Shown in pieces: positions 16,110 through 29,044 of a stretch of 64,000 nt of DNA; position 1 is the stretch's first letter; every line of letters starts with the position of its first letter. The position numbers and the translations under genes are program-made. Source of the DNA: Eledone cirrhosa (lineage: Eukaryota); contig OZ024742.1 in NCBI GenBank assembly GCA_964016885.1, positions 318,308,001 to 318,372,000 on the forward strand, in the 5' to 3' direction. Below the pieces are notes generated by a model. It made no database searches. It saw only the letters and a list, made by a program, of their open reading frames with translations, and was not told the origin of the DNA.

Positions 16110-19100
16110 ATGGATGTGTTAAGAGTAGGATGTTTGAATGCACGTGGCCTGGGCTCAACTTAGAAGGAAGCAAAGCTTCTAATTGACCTTTGGTCACGTG
16201 GTATAAATGTAATGGTTATCTGTGAGACTCGGATCAGCGTCGTGCGGCAGCTAGCCCCTACCTTCGATGACGTTGAGGTGCATGCATCTCTCTGTCAACC
16301 TGGAGGTGGGGATGGGGTTGTCGTACTGCTGGAAAAACACCTGGGTCTCGCCGTACATGTTGTTCACTCGGACCCGGAGGGTCGTTTGTTGGTGCTAGAC
16401 GTTGGCAGTAGTGAAGGTGCGGCCTTGAGACTGGTCGCCGTCTACTCCCCTTTCGGAGCTGTACGGCCCGACTTCTTCCAGCGTTTGGAGACTTTTCTGG
16501 GAACGTCGCGTTCCCTGCTTCTAGCGGGGGATTGGAATGACATCCTAGATGCACGTTGGGACTATGCAGGAGCATGTCCTAATAGAGTGGGGTGTAACAG
16601 CCTCAAGGAGTTACTCGACCGTTTTAACTTGGTCGATAGATATCGACTAGATTTTCCAACTGTACCAACCTGGACTTGGACGAACCACAGTGGTTAATCT
16701 AGATCGTACTTAGATAGATTCTTAGTTAGAAGTAAGGATAGGGACATATTAAGCTGTCCAGAAATGCTCACGGTTGGCTATACGGATCACAAATTAGTGA
16801 CCTGCGTAGTCAATCTCGAGAAAACACATAAACAGGGTCCCGGTTACTGGAAACTTAATTTGTCTTTACCGGCAAAGGAGACTTACAGAAACCGGATTAG
16901 CAGATTAGTTAAGGAGAGGTTGACGGGTGCAATCGTCAACAACCGATGGTGGGCATCTCTCAAAAGAGAGATTAGAACAGAATGAATAAGTTATAGCAAG
17001 ATGTTAGCTGCCGATAGGAATAGAAACGAGAAAGAATTAACAGGTAAATTAGAAGAGGCAATCAAGAGCGAAGATGTGGCCAGAGTGCTGGCATCGAGGA
17101 CGGCCTTGAACCAGTTTTTCGACGCAAAGCACGAAGGCTGCGTCATTCGAAGTAAAATACGTGCTCTAGGTAATGAGGGGGCCAAAGCCGTTGGCTGGGC
17201 CCGCGTGACAGAAGCTAAGAGTGGAAATCGATCCACCATCCGGTCTTTGCAAGACGAGGATGGACGGGTGATCCGGGAGCCTAAGCAGATGTGCGAGGCC
17301 TTTCAAAGGCACTTTGCCCGATTATTCGGGGGAGGCGAGGGTCCGGGCGGGGACGTGGATTTCGGTCCACACCTCGACGGCCTGCCGCGTCTCTCGAGCG
17401 AAAAGGCAGAGTCCTGCGAGGGACCAATCTCGGCTGATGAGATCGGGGGTGCGCTGAGCCAATGCAGCAGACGCAAATCTCCAGGTCTCGATGGTATACC
17501 TTACGAACTTTATTTAGCAATGCCGGTATTCTTCTCCGAACTCCTCGAAGCGGTCTACTGCAATTGGCAGCAGAACGGGAGAATTCCTTGTTCTGTAGCC
17601 AAGGGCGTAGTCTCGCTGGTGAGGAAGGACGAGAATAAGGGGGATAGTATAAATAATTTTCGGCCCATAACCCTGCTAAACACAGAGTTAAAGATTTTGG
17701 CCAAGGTGTTAGCAAAGAGGTTGGCGCTTGTCGTGGGTGGCCTGGTGGGAGATGCGCAGACATGTGCTATCCCATCCAGGTCCATTCACGATAACCTCCA
17801 CCTCATGCGATACATCATAGAGAGGGTTGGCAACAAACCCGGCTTCGGTGGGGCCCTGATCAACTTGGATCAGTCTAAGGCCTTCGATAGGGTCGACCAT
17901 GGTTACCTGGATGCGGTGCTAGCGGCGGCTGGGTTCGGTCCTGTTTTCAGAGGCTGGATCACTGCCTTACATAGCAACCACATCTGTTCTAGGATCAAGG
18001 TGAACGGCTACCTTTCGAAGCCGTTCGAAATCACACGATCCATTCGACAGGGGTGCCCTCTCTCCTCCCTTCTGTACGTATTGATTCTCGAGCCTTTACT
18101 GAGGAAGTTGGAGTTGTTGCAGGGTATCCCCCTGGAACCAGGATTGAGCAAAGCGGTGTCGGCCTATGCCGATGACGTAACAGTAATGGTATCGACCGAC
18201 TCGGAGATCGAGGCGATCGGTACCTTACTGGAGGATTACGAAAGGTTGTCAGGAGCGAAACTGAACCGGGAAAAATCCATCGGGCTGCAACTCGGAACGT
18301 GGAGAGGCAGACCGATGCCTCCCGACAGGGTCGTCGGACACTGGACGGAGGGCCCGGTGAAGTTGCTTGGGGTCTGGTTTAGACCGGACCTCCAGGTGGA
18401 AAAGAAATGGGACGAGGTTACGAACAAGGTGTTTGAACTAACCCAGAAATGGGCCAAGTGTAAGCTGTCCCTAAAAGGCCGGGCGGAGGTGGCGAACATT
18501 TACATAGCGTCCGTCACTTACTACCGCCTGACTGTCGTGCCTTGCCCTAAGGAAACACTCACCACCATGGAACGCATGCTCTTCCAATTTCTTTGGAAGA
18601 AGCGCCCTCCTATGGTGAGAAGATCCATCTGCTGCCAACAACCTTCGAAAGGAGGGCTGGGGATGCCGTGGTTGATGATGCGTAGGCACGCATTAAGGCT
18701 ACGGCACCTACAGGTATTCCACACTGGTCAACCGGTGTGGGCTCCGTTCGTGAAACGAGCCTTTCCGAGACTCGTCTCGCTCACCGAGCTGCAGTCCTGG
18801 GTCAAGCAAAGATCCGGAAAACTGGGAGACTGGCACACTGAGTGTGCCCAGGCGCTCAGGGCTCTCTGGCAAGCGGGCCAGGCCATCGGTGGAGAATCCA
18901 GCTCATCATTCTATAGAGGACTGGTGGCTAGCAAGGGCGATGACACCCTTGGAGAGTCGCTGGACATGGAAGAGTACGAACTGGCCAGCCTGTTCGGTAG
19001 GACTTTCGGCCCGGGACCAATGGACAACTTCCAGAAGTCACTAGCCTGGCAGTGCTACCGGGGGGCTCTACCCGTTCGAGAGAGGCTCTACAGACACGGG

Positions 19101-19547
19101 CGCCCGGGTAGGGATCCCTCGAAAAAGATTTGCCCTAGATTCGTGCGTCACGAAGAAACCGTTGCGCACGCATTGGTGCAATGTCCGGGCGTGGCTGATC
19201 TGTGGGGCTATGCCGAACGACTGCTGTCGCGGGTGGCGCCGATTCGATTGACCACCGAGTCCGTGGTGACAATCAAGCCGCCTCCCCTCTTCACAAAGGA
19301 AGCAAAGGCGGTTTTTCTGTGCGTAATAGTCATGTTGAAAGAGGTTGTTTGGTGGACACGATTGAAAGGTCTGAGGTCAGGCAACTTCCTCTCTGGCCAT
19401 AGTCTGGTCTACTTCTTCCGATATCACTTCGGAAGAAGGATAAGAATGGAGAGAGAGGTGCTTGGCCAGAGGCAGTTTTATGAAAGGTGGGTGATAGTGG
19501 CGAGAATGGCTCGTGTAAATGGGCCTTCTCTGTATACCATCCTGTAG
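16110..19547 (+). pseudogene. Tx1 ORF2 (APE endonuclease-RT-CCHC), one frame with three premature stops
   Basis: LRVGCLNARG, ICET, GDWND, SRSYLDRF, TDHK, SPGLDG, YADD. Stops at 16161, 16695 and 16983. Confidence 0.92.
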
Positions 19548-19770
19548 GTAAAGAAGTGAAGGAGGGGGGAGCACCTTCTCCATGTGCTCCCCGGGCAAAG
19601 GATTGCACACTTTTTCGGGGGGGTGTGCAACCCCCATCACGTCCCGTCCCTTTTGAGGTTGTTTTCGATTATTTTCATTTTATACCCTCTTTACTCGATT
19701 TTATGTAAACTCCCCCTTTGTATTTGTCCCTTCTTTTTATGCCTTTATGGTAAATAAAGAAATATATCTA

Positions 19771-22700
19771 TAGATAGATAGATAGATAGATTTCTTTATT
19801 TACCATAAAGGCATAAAAAGAAGGGACAAATACAAAGGGGGAGTTTACATATAATCGAGTAAAAAGGGTGTAACATGAAAATAATCGAAAATAACCTCAA
19901 AAGGGAGGGGACGTGATGGGGGTTGCACACACCCCCGAAAAAGTGTGCAATCCTTTGCCCGGGGAGCACATGGAGAAGGTGCTCCCCTCTCCTTTACTTC
20001 TTTACCTACAGGATGGTATACAGAGAAGGCCCATTTACACGAGCCATTCTCGCCACTATCACCCACCTTTCATAAAACTGCCTGTGGCCAAGCACCTCTC
20101 TCTCCATTCTTATCCTTCTTCCGAAGTGATATCGGAAGAAGTAGACCAGACTATGGCCAGAGAGGAAGTTGCCTGACCTCAGACCTTTCAATCGTGTCCA
20201 CCAAACAACCTCTTTCAACATGGCTATTACGCACAGAAAAACCGCCTTTGCTTCCTTTGTGAAGAGGGGAGGCGGTTTGATTGTCATCACGGACTCGGCT
20301 GTCAATTTAATCGGCGCCACCCGCGACAGCAGTTGTTCGGCGTAGCCCCACAGATCAGCCACGCCCGGACATTGCACCAATGCGTGCGCCACGGTTTCTT
20401 CGTGACGCACGCATCTAGGGCAAATCTTTTTTGAGGGATCCCTGCTCGGGCGCCCGTGTCTGTAGAGCCTCTCTCGAACGGGTAGAGCCCCTCGGTAGCA
20501 CTGCCAGGCCAGTGACTTCTGGAAGTTGTCCATTGGTCCTGGGCCGAAAGTCCTACCGAACAGGCTGGCCAGTTCGTCTTCTTCCATGTCCAGCGACTCT
20601 CCAAGGGTGTCATCGCCCCTGCTAGCCACCAGCCCTCTATAGAATGATGAGGTGGATTCTCCACCGATGGCCCGGCCCGCTTGCCAGAGAGCCCTGAGCG
20701 CCTGAGCACACTCAGTGTGCCAGTCTCCCAGTTTTCCGGATCTTTGCTTGACCCAGGACTGTAGCTCGGTGAGTGAGACGAGTCTCGGAAAGGCTCGTTT
20801 CACGAACGGAGCCCACACCGGTTGACCAGTGAGGAATACCTGTAGGTGCCGTAGCCTTAATGCGTGCCTACGCATCATCAACCACGGCATCCCCAGCCCT
20901 CCTTTCGAAGGTTGTTGGCAGCAGATGGATCTTCTCACCATAGGAGGACGCTTCTTCCAAAGAAATTGGAAGAGCATGCGTTCCATGGTGGTGAGTGTTT
21001 CCTTAGGGCAAGGCACGACAGTCAGGCGGTAGTAAGTGACGGACGCTATGTAAATGTTCGCCACCTCCGCCCGGCCTTTTAGGGACAGCTTACACTTGGC
21101 CCATTTCTGGGTTAGTGCAAACACCTTGTTCGTAACCTCGTTCCAGTTCTTTTCCACCTGGAGGTCCGGTCCAAACCAGACCCCAAGCAACTTTACCGGG
21201 CCCTCCGTCCAGTGTCCGACGACACCATCGGGAGGCATCGGTCTGCCTCTCCACGTTCCGAGTTGCAGCCCGATGGATTTTTCCCGGTTCAGTTTCGCTC
21301 CTGACAACCTTTCGTACTCCTCCAGTAAGGTACCGATCGCCTCGATCTCCGAGTCGGTTGATACCATTACTGTTACGTCATCGGCGTAGGCCGACACCGC
21401 TTTGCTCAATCCTGGTTCCAGGGGGATACCCTGCAACAACTCCAACTTCCTCAGTAAAGGCTCGAGAGTCAATACGTACAGAAGGGAGGAGAGAGGGCAC
21501 CCCTGTCGAATGGATCGTGTGATTTCGAACGGCTTCGAAAGGTAGCCGTTCACCTTGATCCTAGAACAGATGTGGTTGCTATGTAGGGCAGTGATCCAGC
21601 CTCTGAAAACAGGACCGAACCCAGCCGCCGCTAGCACCGCATCCAGGTAACCATGGTCGACCCTATCGAAGGCCTTAGACTGATCCAAGTTGATCAGGGC
21701 CCCACCGAAGCCGGGTTTGTTGCCAACCCTCTCTATGATGTATCGCATGAGGTGGAGGTTATCGTGAATGGACCTGGATGGGATAGCACATGTCTGCGCA
21801 TCTCCCACCAGGCCACCCACGACAAGCGCCAACCTCTTTGCTAACACCTTGGCCAAAATCTTTAACTCTGTGTTTAGCAGGGTTATGGGCCGAAAATTAT
21901 TTATACTATCCCCCTTGTTCTCGTCCTTCCTCACCAGCGTGACTACGCCCTTGGCTACAGAACAAGGAATTCTCCCGTTCTGCTGCCAATTGCAGTAGAC
22001 CGCTTCGAGGAGTTCGGAGAAGAAGACCGGCATTGCTAAATAAAGTTCGTAAGGTATACCATCGAGACCTGGAGATTTGCGTCTGCTGCATTGGCTCAGC
22101 GCATCTCCGATCTCATCAGCCGAGATTGGTCCCTCGCAGGACTCCGCCTCTTTGTTCGAGAGACGCGGCAGGCCGTCGAGGTATGGACCGAAATCCACGC
22201 CCCGGCCCGGACCCTCGCCTCCCCCGAACAATCGGGCAAAGTGCTTTTGAAAGGCCTCGCACATCTGCTTAGGCTCCCGGATCACTCGTCCATCTTCGTC
22301 TTGCAACGACCGGATGGTGGATCGATTTCCACTTTTAGCTTCTGTCACGCGGGCCCATCCAACGGCTTTGGCCCCCTCATTACCTAGAGCACGTATTTTA
22401 CTTCGAATGACGCAGCCTTCATGCTTTGCATCGAAAAACTGGTTCAAGGCCGTCCTCGATGCCAGCACTCTGGCCACATCTTCGCTCTTGATTGCCTCTT
22501 CTAATTTACCTGTTAATTCTTTCTCGTTTCTATTCCTATTGGCAGCTAACATCTTGCTATAACTTATTGATTCTGTTCTAATCTCTCTTTTGAGAGATGC
22601 CCACCATCGGTTGTTGACGATTGCACCCGTCAACCTCTCCTTAACTAATCTGCTAATCCGGTTTCTGTAAGTCTCTTTTGCCGGTAAAGACAAATTAAGT

Positions 22701-22837
22701 TTCCAGTAACCGGGACCCTGTCTATGTGTTTTCTCGAGATTGACCACGCAGGTCACTAATTTGTGATCCGTGTAGCCAACCGTGCGCATTTCTGGACAGC
22801 TTAATATGTCCCTATCCTTACTTCTAACTAAGAATCT
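19771..22837 (-). mobile_element. Tx1-like LINE copy C, 5'-truncated, inside (ATAG)n
   Basis: Close inverse match to B 16716-19763; (ATAG)n on both flanks. Confidence 0.92.
20006..22789 (-). CDS. Tx1 ORF2 (end of APE, RT, CCHC), 927 aa uninterrupted
   Basis: TDHK, GYWKLN, SPGLDG, QGCPLS, YADD, CPRC..ETVAHALVQC. Confidence 0.92.
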   Translation of the reverse strand: MRTVGYTDHKLVTCVVNLEKTHRQGPGYWKLNLSLPAKETYRNRISRLVKERLTGAIVNNRWWASLKREIRTESISYSKMLAANRNRNEKELTGKLEEAIKSEDVARVLASRTALNQFFDAKHEGCVIRSKIRALGNEGAKAVGWARVTEAKSGNRSTIRSLQDEDGRVIREPKQMCEAFQKHFARLFGGGEGPGRGVDFGPYLDGLPRLSNKEAESCEGPISADEIGDALSQCSRRKSPGLDGIPYELYLAMPVFFSELLEAVYCNWQQNGRIPCSVAKGVVTLVRKDENKGDSINNFRPITLLNTELKILAKVLAKRLALVVGGLVGDAQTCAIPSRSIHDNLHLMRYIIERVGNKPGFGGALINLDQSKAFDRVDHGYLDAVLAAAGFGPVFRGWITALHSNHICSRIKVNGYLSKPFEITRSIRQGCPLSSLLYVLTLEPLLRKLELLQGIPLEPGLSKAVSAYADDVTVMVSTDSEIEAIGTLLEEYERLSGAKLNREKSIGLQLGTWRGRPMPPDGVVGHWTEGPVKLLGVWFGPDLQVEKNWNEVTNKVFALTQKWAKCKLSLKGRAEVANIYIASVTYYRLTVVPCPKETLTTMERMLFQFLWKKRPPMVRRSICCQQPSKGGLGMPWLMMRRHALRLRHLQVFLTGQPVWAPFVKRAFPRLVSLTELQSWVKQRSGKLGDWHTECAQALRALWQAGRAIGGESTSSFYRGLVASRGDDTLGESLDMEEDELASLFGRTFGPGPMDNFQKSLAWQCYRGALPVRERLYRHGRPSRDPSKKICPRCVRHEETVAHALVQCPGVADLWGYAEQLLSRVAPIKLTAESVMTIKPPPLFTKEAKAVFLCVIAMLKEVVWWTRLKGLRSGNFLSGHSLVYFFRYHFGRRIRMEREVLGHRQFYERWVIVARMARVNGPSLYTIL

Positions 22838-22838
22838 T

Positions 22839-22889
<51 letters not shown>

Positions 22890-22949
22890 TAGTTTCCGAC
22901 ACTACAAGATATATTGAAATAACTTCGTTGAACTGTATCAAATTTGTAG

Positions 22950-23048
22950 GACTATGATGATGATGATGAGGATTATAATGACGATGAGGATGACGACGAT
23001 GATGATGAGGGCGACGACGAGGACGATGATGATGACGGTTATGACGAA

Positions 23049-23099
<51 letters not shown>

Positions 23100-23405
23100 A
23101 ACGATCATGATGACGATCATACGACCACAACGACGATGACGACGATGAAGATGGTGATGATGATGATGATGATGATCATCATCATCATCATCAAAATCAT
23201 CATCATACGACGAGAACGGTGAAGACGATGATGGTGGTCATGACGATGATGACGGTAATGATGATGACAACGGCTGTGGCGACGAGGATGTCGATGATGA
23301 TGATGATGATGACGGTAACGATGATGATGATGACGGTAACGATGATGACGATGATAACGGCGATGATGATGATAATGATGATAACGGCGATGATGATGAT
23401 GATAC
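22950..23405. repeat. (GAT/GAC)n trinucleotide tract with a local inversion
   Basis: Seen directly; source of the poly-M/H/I ORFs. Confidence 0.95.
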
Positions 23406-23819
23406 ATCCTCCATAGGTTTCGAGGATGCTCATTCAACTGTTTGACCAATTGCACTAACTACAATGGCCGTCATTCGCAATAGAATATGACTTGTAGAAT
23501 ATGTATGATGGCTTAGCTAAGTGTTTTAGGTGACCATGTAGAGTAGGTGCCAGCAAACACTGGCATTTCTTCCGATTTACTTGATCCAGAAGAAACACCC
23601 AAGAAATGACAACTAGAAGAGGGACCAATATTGGTTGGTATTTTTTATGGACCCTGAAAAGACGAATAACAAAGTGAACTCCGCAAGTATTCGTTCGTAT
23701 TTCGATGGAAACTGTTATGTAACAGTTATGACCTTATCAGACAGTTAATTGTTACGTAACTGTTACCATTGAAATACGTATAGCAGCGAGTGTGTAACAT
23801 ATATATAGGGTAAATTCTA

Positions 23820-23858
<39 letters not shown>

Positions 23859-24754
23859 AGTGTGTTGTGTGTGTGTTGTGTTGTGTTATGTTGTGTGTGT
23901 GTGTGTGTGTTGTGTGTGTGTGTGTGTTGTGTCTGTGTGTGAATGTGTTTGTATGTGTTGTGTGTGTACTACAATACACTTAGAAAATCAAAACCAACTA
24001 TAAACTAAGCGCTATATTAGGTGTCACACACCCTCCATATTTCTGGACCCAACCACCCCACCAATTCGCCTGAACGGTATTTCATCCATGATGGTTGGAA
24101 GATCACTGATGAAGGACTAACTTTATTCATATGTAACCCATTAGCAACCCAGCAGCACCTTTTTCTCATATTTACACATATTTTTTCCCCCGCTGTTACA
24201 CGTCTATTTCGTTCTTACTGCTACCTCTTTCTCTGTATCTTTACCCTCTCTAGCAGTCATTCTCTCTGTTAGCCTCTTCCTCACCCTTCACTCACTCATT
24301 CTCCGTTACTACCTCTCCTCCTCCTTCTTCCCGTTTGACCTGTGCGTAATTCTTTTCTTTCGCACTCTTGGTCTGGCAGGTCGCATTTTTTCTCTCTCTC
24401 GTCTACGATTTCACAGAACTTACGTTCACCGAAATCACAGACTAGATCCCTTCTTCCTCCCGTTAGACCTGTACGGAATTCCTTCCTTGCTTACATTCCA
24501 ACCAGGTTTGATGGTCTTTATTCTCTCTCGTTCAAGATTTCACCGAATTTAAATTCATAGAAATTTGGGACTTGACTCCTTCTTCCTCACTTTTCGTTGC
24601 TTCACCATTTTTGTTTGTTTAGACTCGTGTTCCCTTTATTTACGTGTCCCAACGATTCTTTTAGCCATTGCTCGCACCAACCGGAGGTATATGGTCTTTA
24701 AAGCGATGAAATACCAATGATGGTTGGAAGATCACTGATGAAGGACTAACTTTA

Positions 24755-25264
<510 letters not shown>

Positions 25265-25603
25265 AATCGGAGGTAACCAGTTCTAGAATGAAACAGTTCT
25301 AGTCCTGTAGAATCTCATCTATATTAAAACTTTAAAACTATATATATATTTGTTGTAAGGTTGCAATACATGCGCCCGTAGGAGGTACGCCGTTTGAGCA
25401 CTCGATGCTCGCGAGGAGCAGAGTATATTATTATAGATAACGAGGAATCAGTGATGCATCAAAACACAATTTATTAACTATTACCATATTACATATGTTT
25501 CTCCGACGATCAGCTCAAGGCAGGATCCATTATAGATCGAACCTGACACTGCATTCGCACGGTCCTCAGATATGTTTATCGTTTTCAAGGCATTTCTTCC
25601 AAT

Positions 25604-25647
<44 letters not shown>

Positions 25648-25650
<3 letters not shown>

Positions 25651-25721
25651 GGTGTCCAAAAATGTATACACACTTTTATTAGAATTCTGTTGAAGTATTA
25701 TACATTTTTAGGGGCACCCTG
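25648..25721. mobile_element. Tc1/mariner-type MITE
   Basis: TA-CAGGGTGTCCAAAAATGTATA...TATACATTTTTAGGGGCACCCTG-TA. Confidence 0.7.
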
Positions 25722-25732
25722 TATATATATAT

Positions 25733-25802
<70 letters not shown>

Positions 25803-25825
25803 GCACATACACATACATACATACA

Positions 25826-27480
25826 TGCTGGCTGCCAACTCGTTTTCGAGTACGACCACTACTTTATATCCATGTAGGAGAACCCCTACCGATGCGCTGA
25901 ACGAGTGACTTTTTAGTCCAGCCAGCCACTTGAAAACTCTGGTACAAACACTACACTTGTGACAATTATTGACACATAGTGCTGGGCCCATGGTACCATG
26001 TGATGACAAGTGCAGAGAGATCTCCAGATATAAAGCAATACCTGTGCCGTGAAGCTTTTATAGTGAGCAAAAGCACTGCACAAAGCCAGTCCCACTCTCT
26101 TAACCAAGATGATATTTACCAAAAAGAAGAACAAGTCAACATCATTGGATACCATCAGGGTTGCAGGTGTTATATCAGAGTTTTCCTTCTCCTAGAATTC
26201 TGCCTTGACAAAGGCTAAGGGGTCATCTCTCACGGTGATTTTGGATGGCCATTGACTCTTAAGAGCTCCTTTGCCCTTTGACAGGTTTTGTTTTTAGTCC
26301 TGCAGGATGTCCAAAGTCACCCTCCTCACCAAGAAACCTTGGTGGGGTTGCCAGTTTAGTCGCCAACGACCCGACCATGGGACAGGTTGTACTGGGATAC
26401 ATACATACATGCATACATACATACACACACACACACATACATACATACATACATACATGGTGGCTGCCAACTCGTTTTCGAGTACGGCCACTATTTTATA
26501 TCCATGTAGGAGAACCTCTACCGATGCGCTGAACGAGTGTGACTTTTTAGTCCAGCCAGCGACTTGAAAACTCTGGTACAAACACTACACTTGTGACAAT
26601 TATTGACACATAGTGCTGGGCCCATGGTACCATGTGATGACAAGTGCAGAGAGATCTCCAGATATAAAGCAATACCTGTGCCGTGAAGCTTTTATAGTGA
26701 GCAAAAGCACTGCACAAAGCCAGTCCCACTCTCTTAACCAAGATGATATTTACCAAAAAGAAGAACAAGTCAACATCATTGGATACCATCAGGGTTGCAG
26801 GTGTTATATCAGAGTTTTCCTTCTCCTAGAATTCTGCCTTGACAAAGGCTAAGGGGTCATCTCTCACGGTGATTTTGGATGGCCATTGACTCTTAAGAGC
26901 TCCTTTGCCCTTTGACAGGTTTTGTTTTTAGTCCTGCAGGATGTCCAAAGTCACCCTCCTCACCAAGAAACCTTGGTGGGGTTGCCAGTTTAGTCGCCAA
27001 CGACCCGACCATGGGACAGGTTGTACTGGGATACATACATACATGCATACATACATACACACACACATACATACATACATACATACATGGTGGCTGCCAA
27101 CTCGTTTTCGAGTACGGCCACTATTTTATATCCATGTAGGAGAACCTCTACCGATGCGCTGAACGAGTGTGACTTTTTAGTCCAGCCAGCGACTTGAAAA
27201 CTCTGGTACAAACACTACACTTGTGACAATTATTGACACATAGTGCTGGGCCCATGGTACCATGTGACGACAAGTGCAGAGAGATCTCCAGATATAAAGC
27301 AATACCTGTGCCGTGAAGCTTTTATAGTGAGCAAAGGCACTGCACAAAGCCAGTCCCACTCTCTTAACCAAAAAGAAAAACAAGTCAACATCATTGGATA
27401 CCATCAGAGTTGCAGGTGTTATATCAGAGTTTTCCTTCTCCTAGAATTCTGCCTTGACAAAGGCTAAGGGGTCATCTCTC
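25826..27480 (-). mobile_element. About 2.6 tandem ~630-bp units of an internally deleted RTE-like element
   Basis: Near-identical ORFs offset by 634 and 630 bp; C2H2 remnant CSVCTRVFKWLAGLKSH; (ATGT)n tails. A solo 3' piece lies at 9131-9232. Confidence 0.8.
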
Positions 27481-27994
27481 ATACATACATACATACATAC
27501 ATACATACATACATACATACATACATACATACATACATACATACATGTGTCCGTGTCTTTCATGTGGTGTCTTGTAATGTGTTGCAATGCTTCCTTGTGT
27601 GGCCAACCGGTGAGAAAGTGTAAATGTGTGGCCAACCGGTGAGAAAGTGTCGTGCTTCTGTATCAGAAATAAACTGTTTCAGTCACGATGTTTACAACTT
27701 GTATGTTTCTACTGAAATGTGTAAATTGTATAGCTTATCTAAAAAGTACGTATATGTGATTTGAATGTTTGTGGTTTCGTGTCGATAAAGATGTTTTAAT
27801 AATGATATTTTAAAGTTATATTCTTCCTGATAGTTTGTGGTTAGGTATCATAGATGTTTCCTTCTGTTTCATGAGTGTTTATAATGGTGTATTCAGTCAT
27901 TCTACCGCCCTGGTGCATTTGGGTCATATAGTTTACTATATGGTTGGGTCCTGTTGAGTGCTTTAATTGTTATATACTTTTCTCAAGGAAATTT

Positions 27995-28200
27995 CTTGGT
28001 AGAATCGGTAGAGCGTCGGACAACATGCTTAGTAGCGTAGAGTTATGGCCCTTCATGTTCTGAGTTCCAATCCTGCCGGCGTTAGCTTTGCCTTTCATCC
28101 TTACGGGGTCGATAAAATAAAGCACCAGTAATACACTGGGGTCGATTTAATCGACTTTCCTCTCCCCAAAATTGCTGGCCTTGTGGTTATAGTAGCAATC
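27995..28200 (+). mobile_element. tRNA-derived SINE with a Deu/Nin-like central domain
   Basis: A-box-like TGGTAGAATCGG, B-box-like GAGTTCCAATCC, then GCCTTTCATCCTTACGGGGTCGATAAAATAAAGCACCAG. Degenerate copies near 28480-28580 and 39590-39710. Confidence 0.75.
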
Positions 28201-29044
28201 ATTATTTACAGTAAATGTGTTGTGGCCTTTATACTTCCTATCGCTTACTGCATAGCATATTCATCAACATTGTACATTTTATCAAATATTTCAAAAGTAA
28301 AAAATTAGTCTTTGGGACCCTATTATACTACGACCCAATTTAGGTTGCAGCCTATAAGTTGGGACTTACAGTACTAGTGTAATGCAGATGTATAACTAGT
28401 TACCCAATGGATATAAAGCCAGTATTATTGCTTATATGAATCAGGAGAGAGATGGAAACAATTTTGCGCTGTTTAGTTGGTCACGTTCTGTGTTCAAATA
28501 CTGCCGATGTCAATTTTGCCTTTCATACATCTAGAATCAATAAAATAAAGTATCAGTCGAGTATCTAGGTCGATATAATATTTCTATAAGCACCCTTGAA
28601 GTGAATAGAATTATAATATAATCTAAGTCAAACATCTCCCGCAACTACTTGAACTAACACAATGTAGAATTACGAAGCATAAAAGCCTGCAATAAAACTG
28701 AACACTCAATCAATGAATTTGGATTCCAGCACTTCATCTTTTGTGCTATTATATATATATACACATTTAACGATCGAGAGTTCATATATATATATATATA
28801 TACATTTAACGATCGGGCATGGTCTGATACAATTTAAAAAATAATTTAAAATAAAAGACTGAAAAAATACTTAGAAAAAAAAAGGCTGATAGATACAATA
28901 ACGGAATACAATAACGCTCTATCTAATGAAAAAGAGCTAAATTAATATATTACGATTCATACATGTAACACGTATTACATCTGCATTTGTGAAGTTTTTT
29001 TTATGTGAGATAGTTTTATTTACAATAGTTTATATCTTTGCCTA

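Larger units (their letters stand above)
13908..19770 (+). mobile_element. Tx1-like LINE copy B, full length but disabled
   Basis: 5' motif TAGATGTAATTCACTTCGC (13935) is homologous to the 5' end of copy D. Has ORF1, ORF2 and a 3' UTR ending AATAAAGAAAT. Confidence 0.92.

Noticed and set aside
16159-16985. In-frame stops in B ORF2 as programmed recoding
   Set aside because: Sister copies have sense codons there (Trp, Thr, Ser), so this is ordinary decay.
22837-23455. Poly-His/Met/Ile ORFs
   Set aside because: (GAT)n microsatellite.
24075-24760. CTGATGAAGG motifs at ~24105 and ~24735 as hammerheads
   Set aside because: No downstream stem II-GAAA-NUH; only a ~45-bp direct repeat bounding a probable retroelement remnant.
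26341-26397. HDV-like ribozyme in the RTE-like 5' UTR (CCAGU/ACUGG pairing, CUAA)
   Set aside because: I could not build P1 and P1.1, and the 5' end seems truncated. It needs a family consensus.
27995-28080. tRNA gene
   Set aside because: The A/B boxes belong to a SINE head; no cloverleaf.
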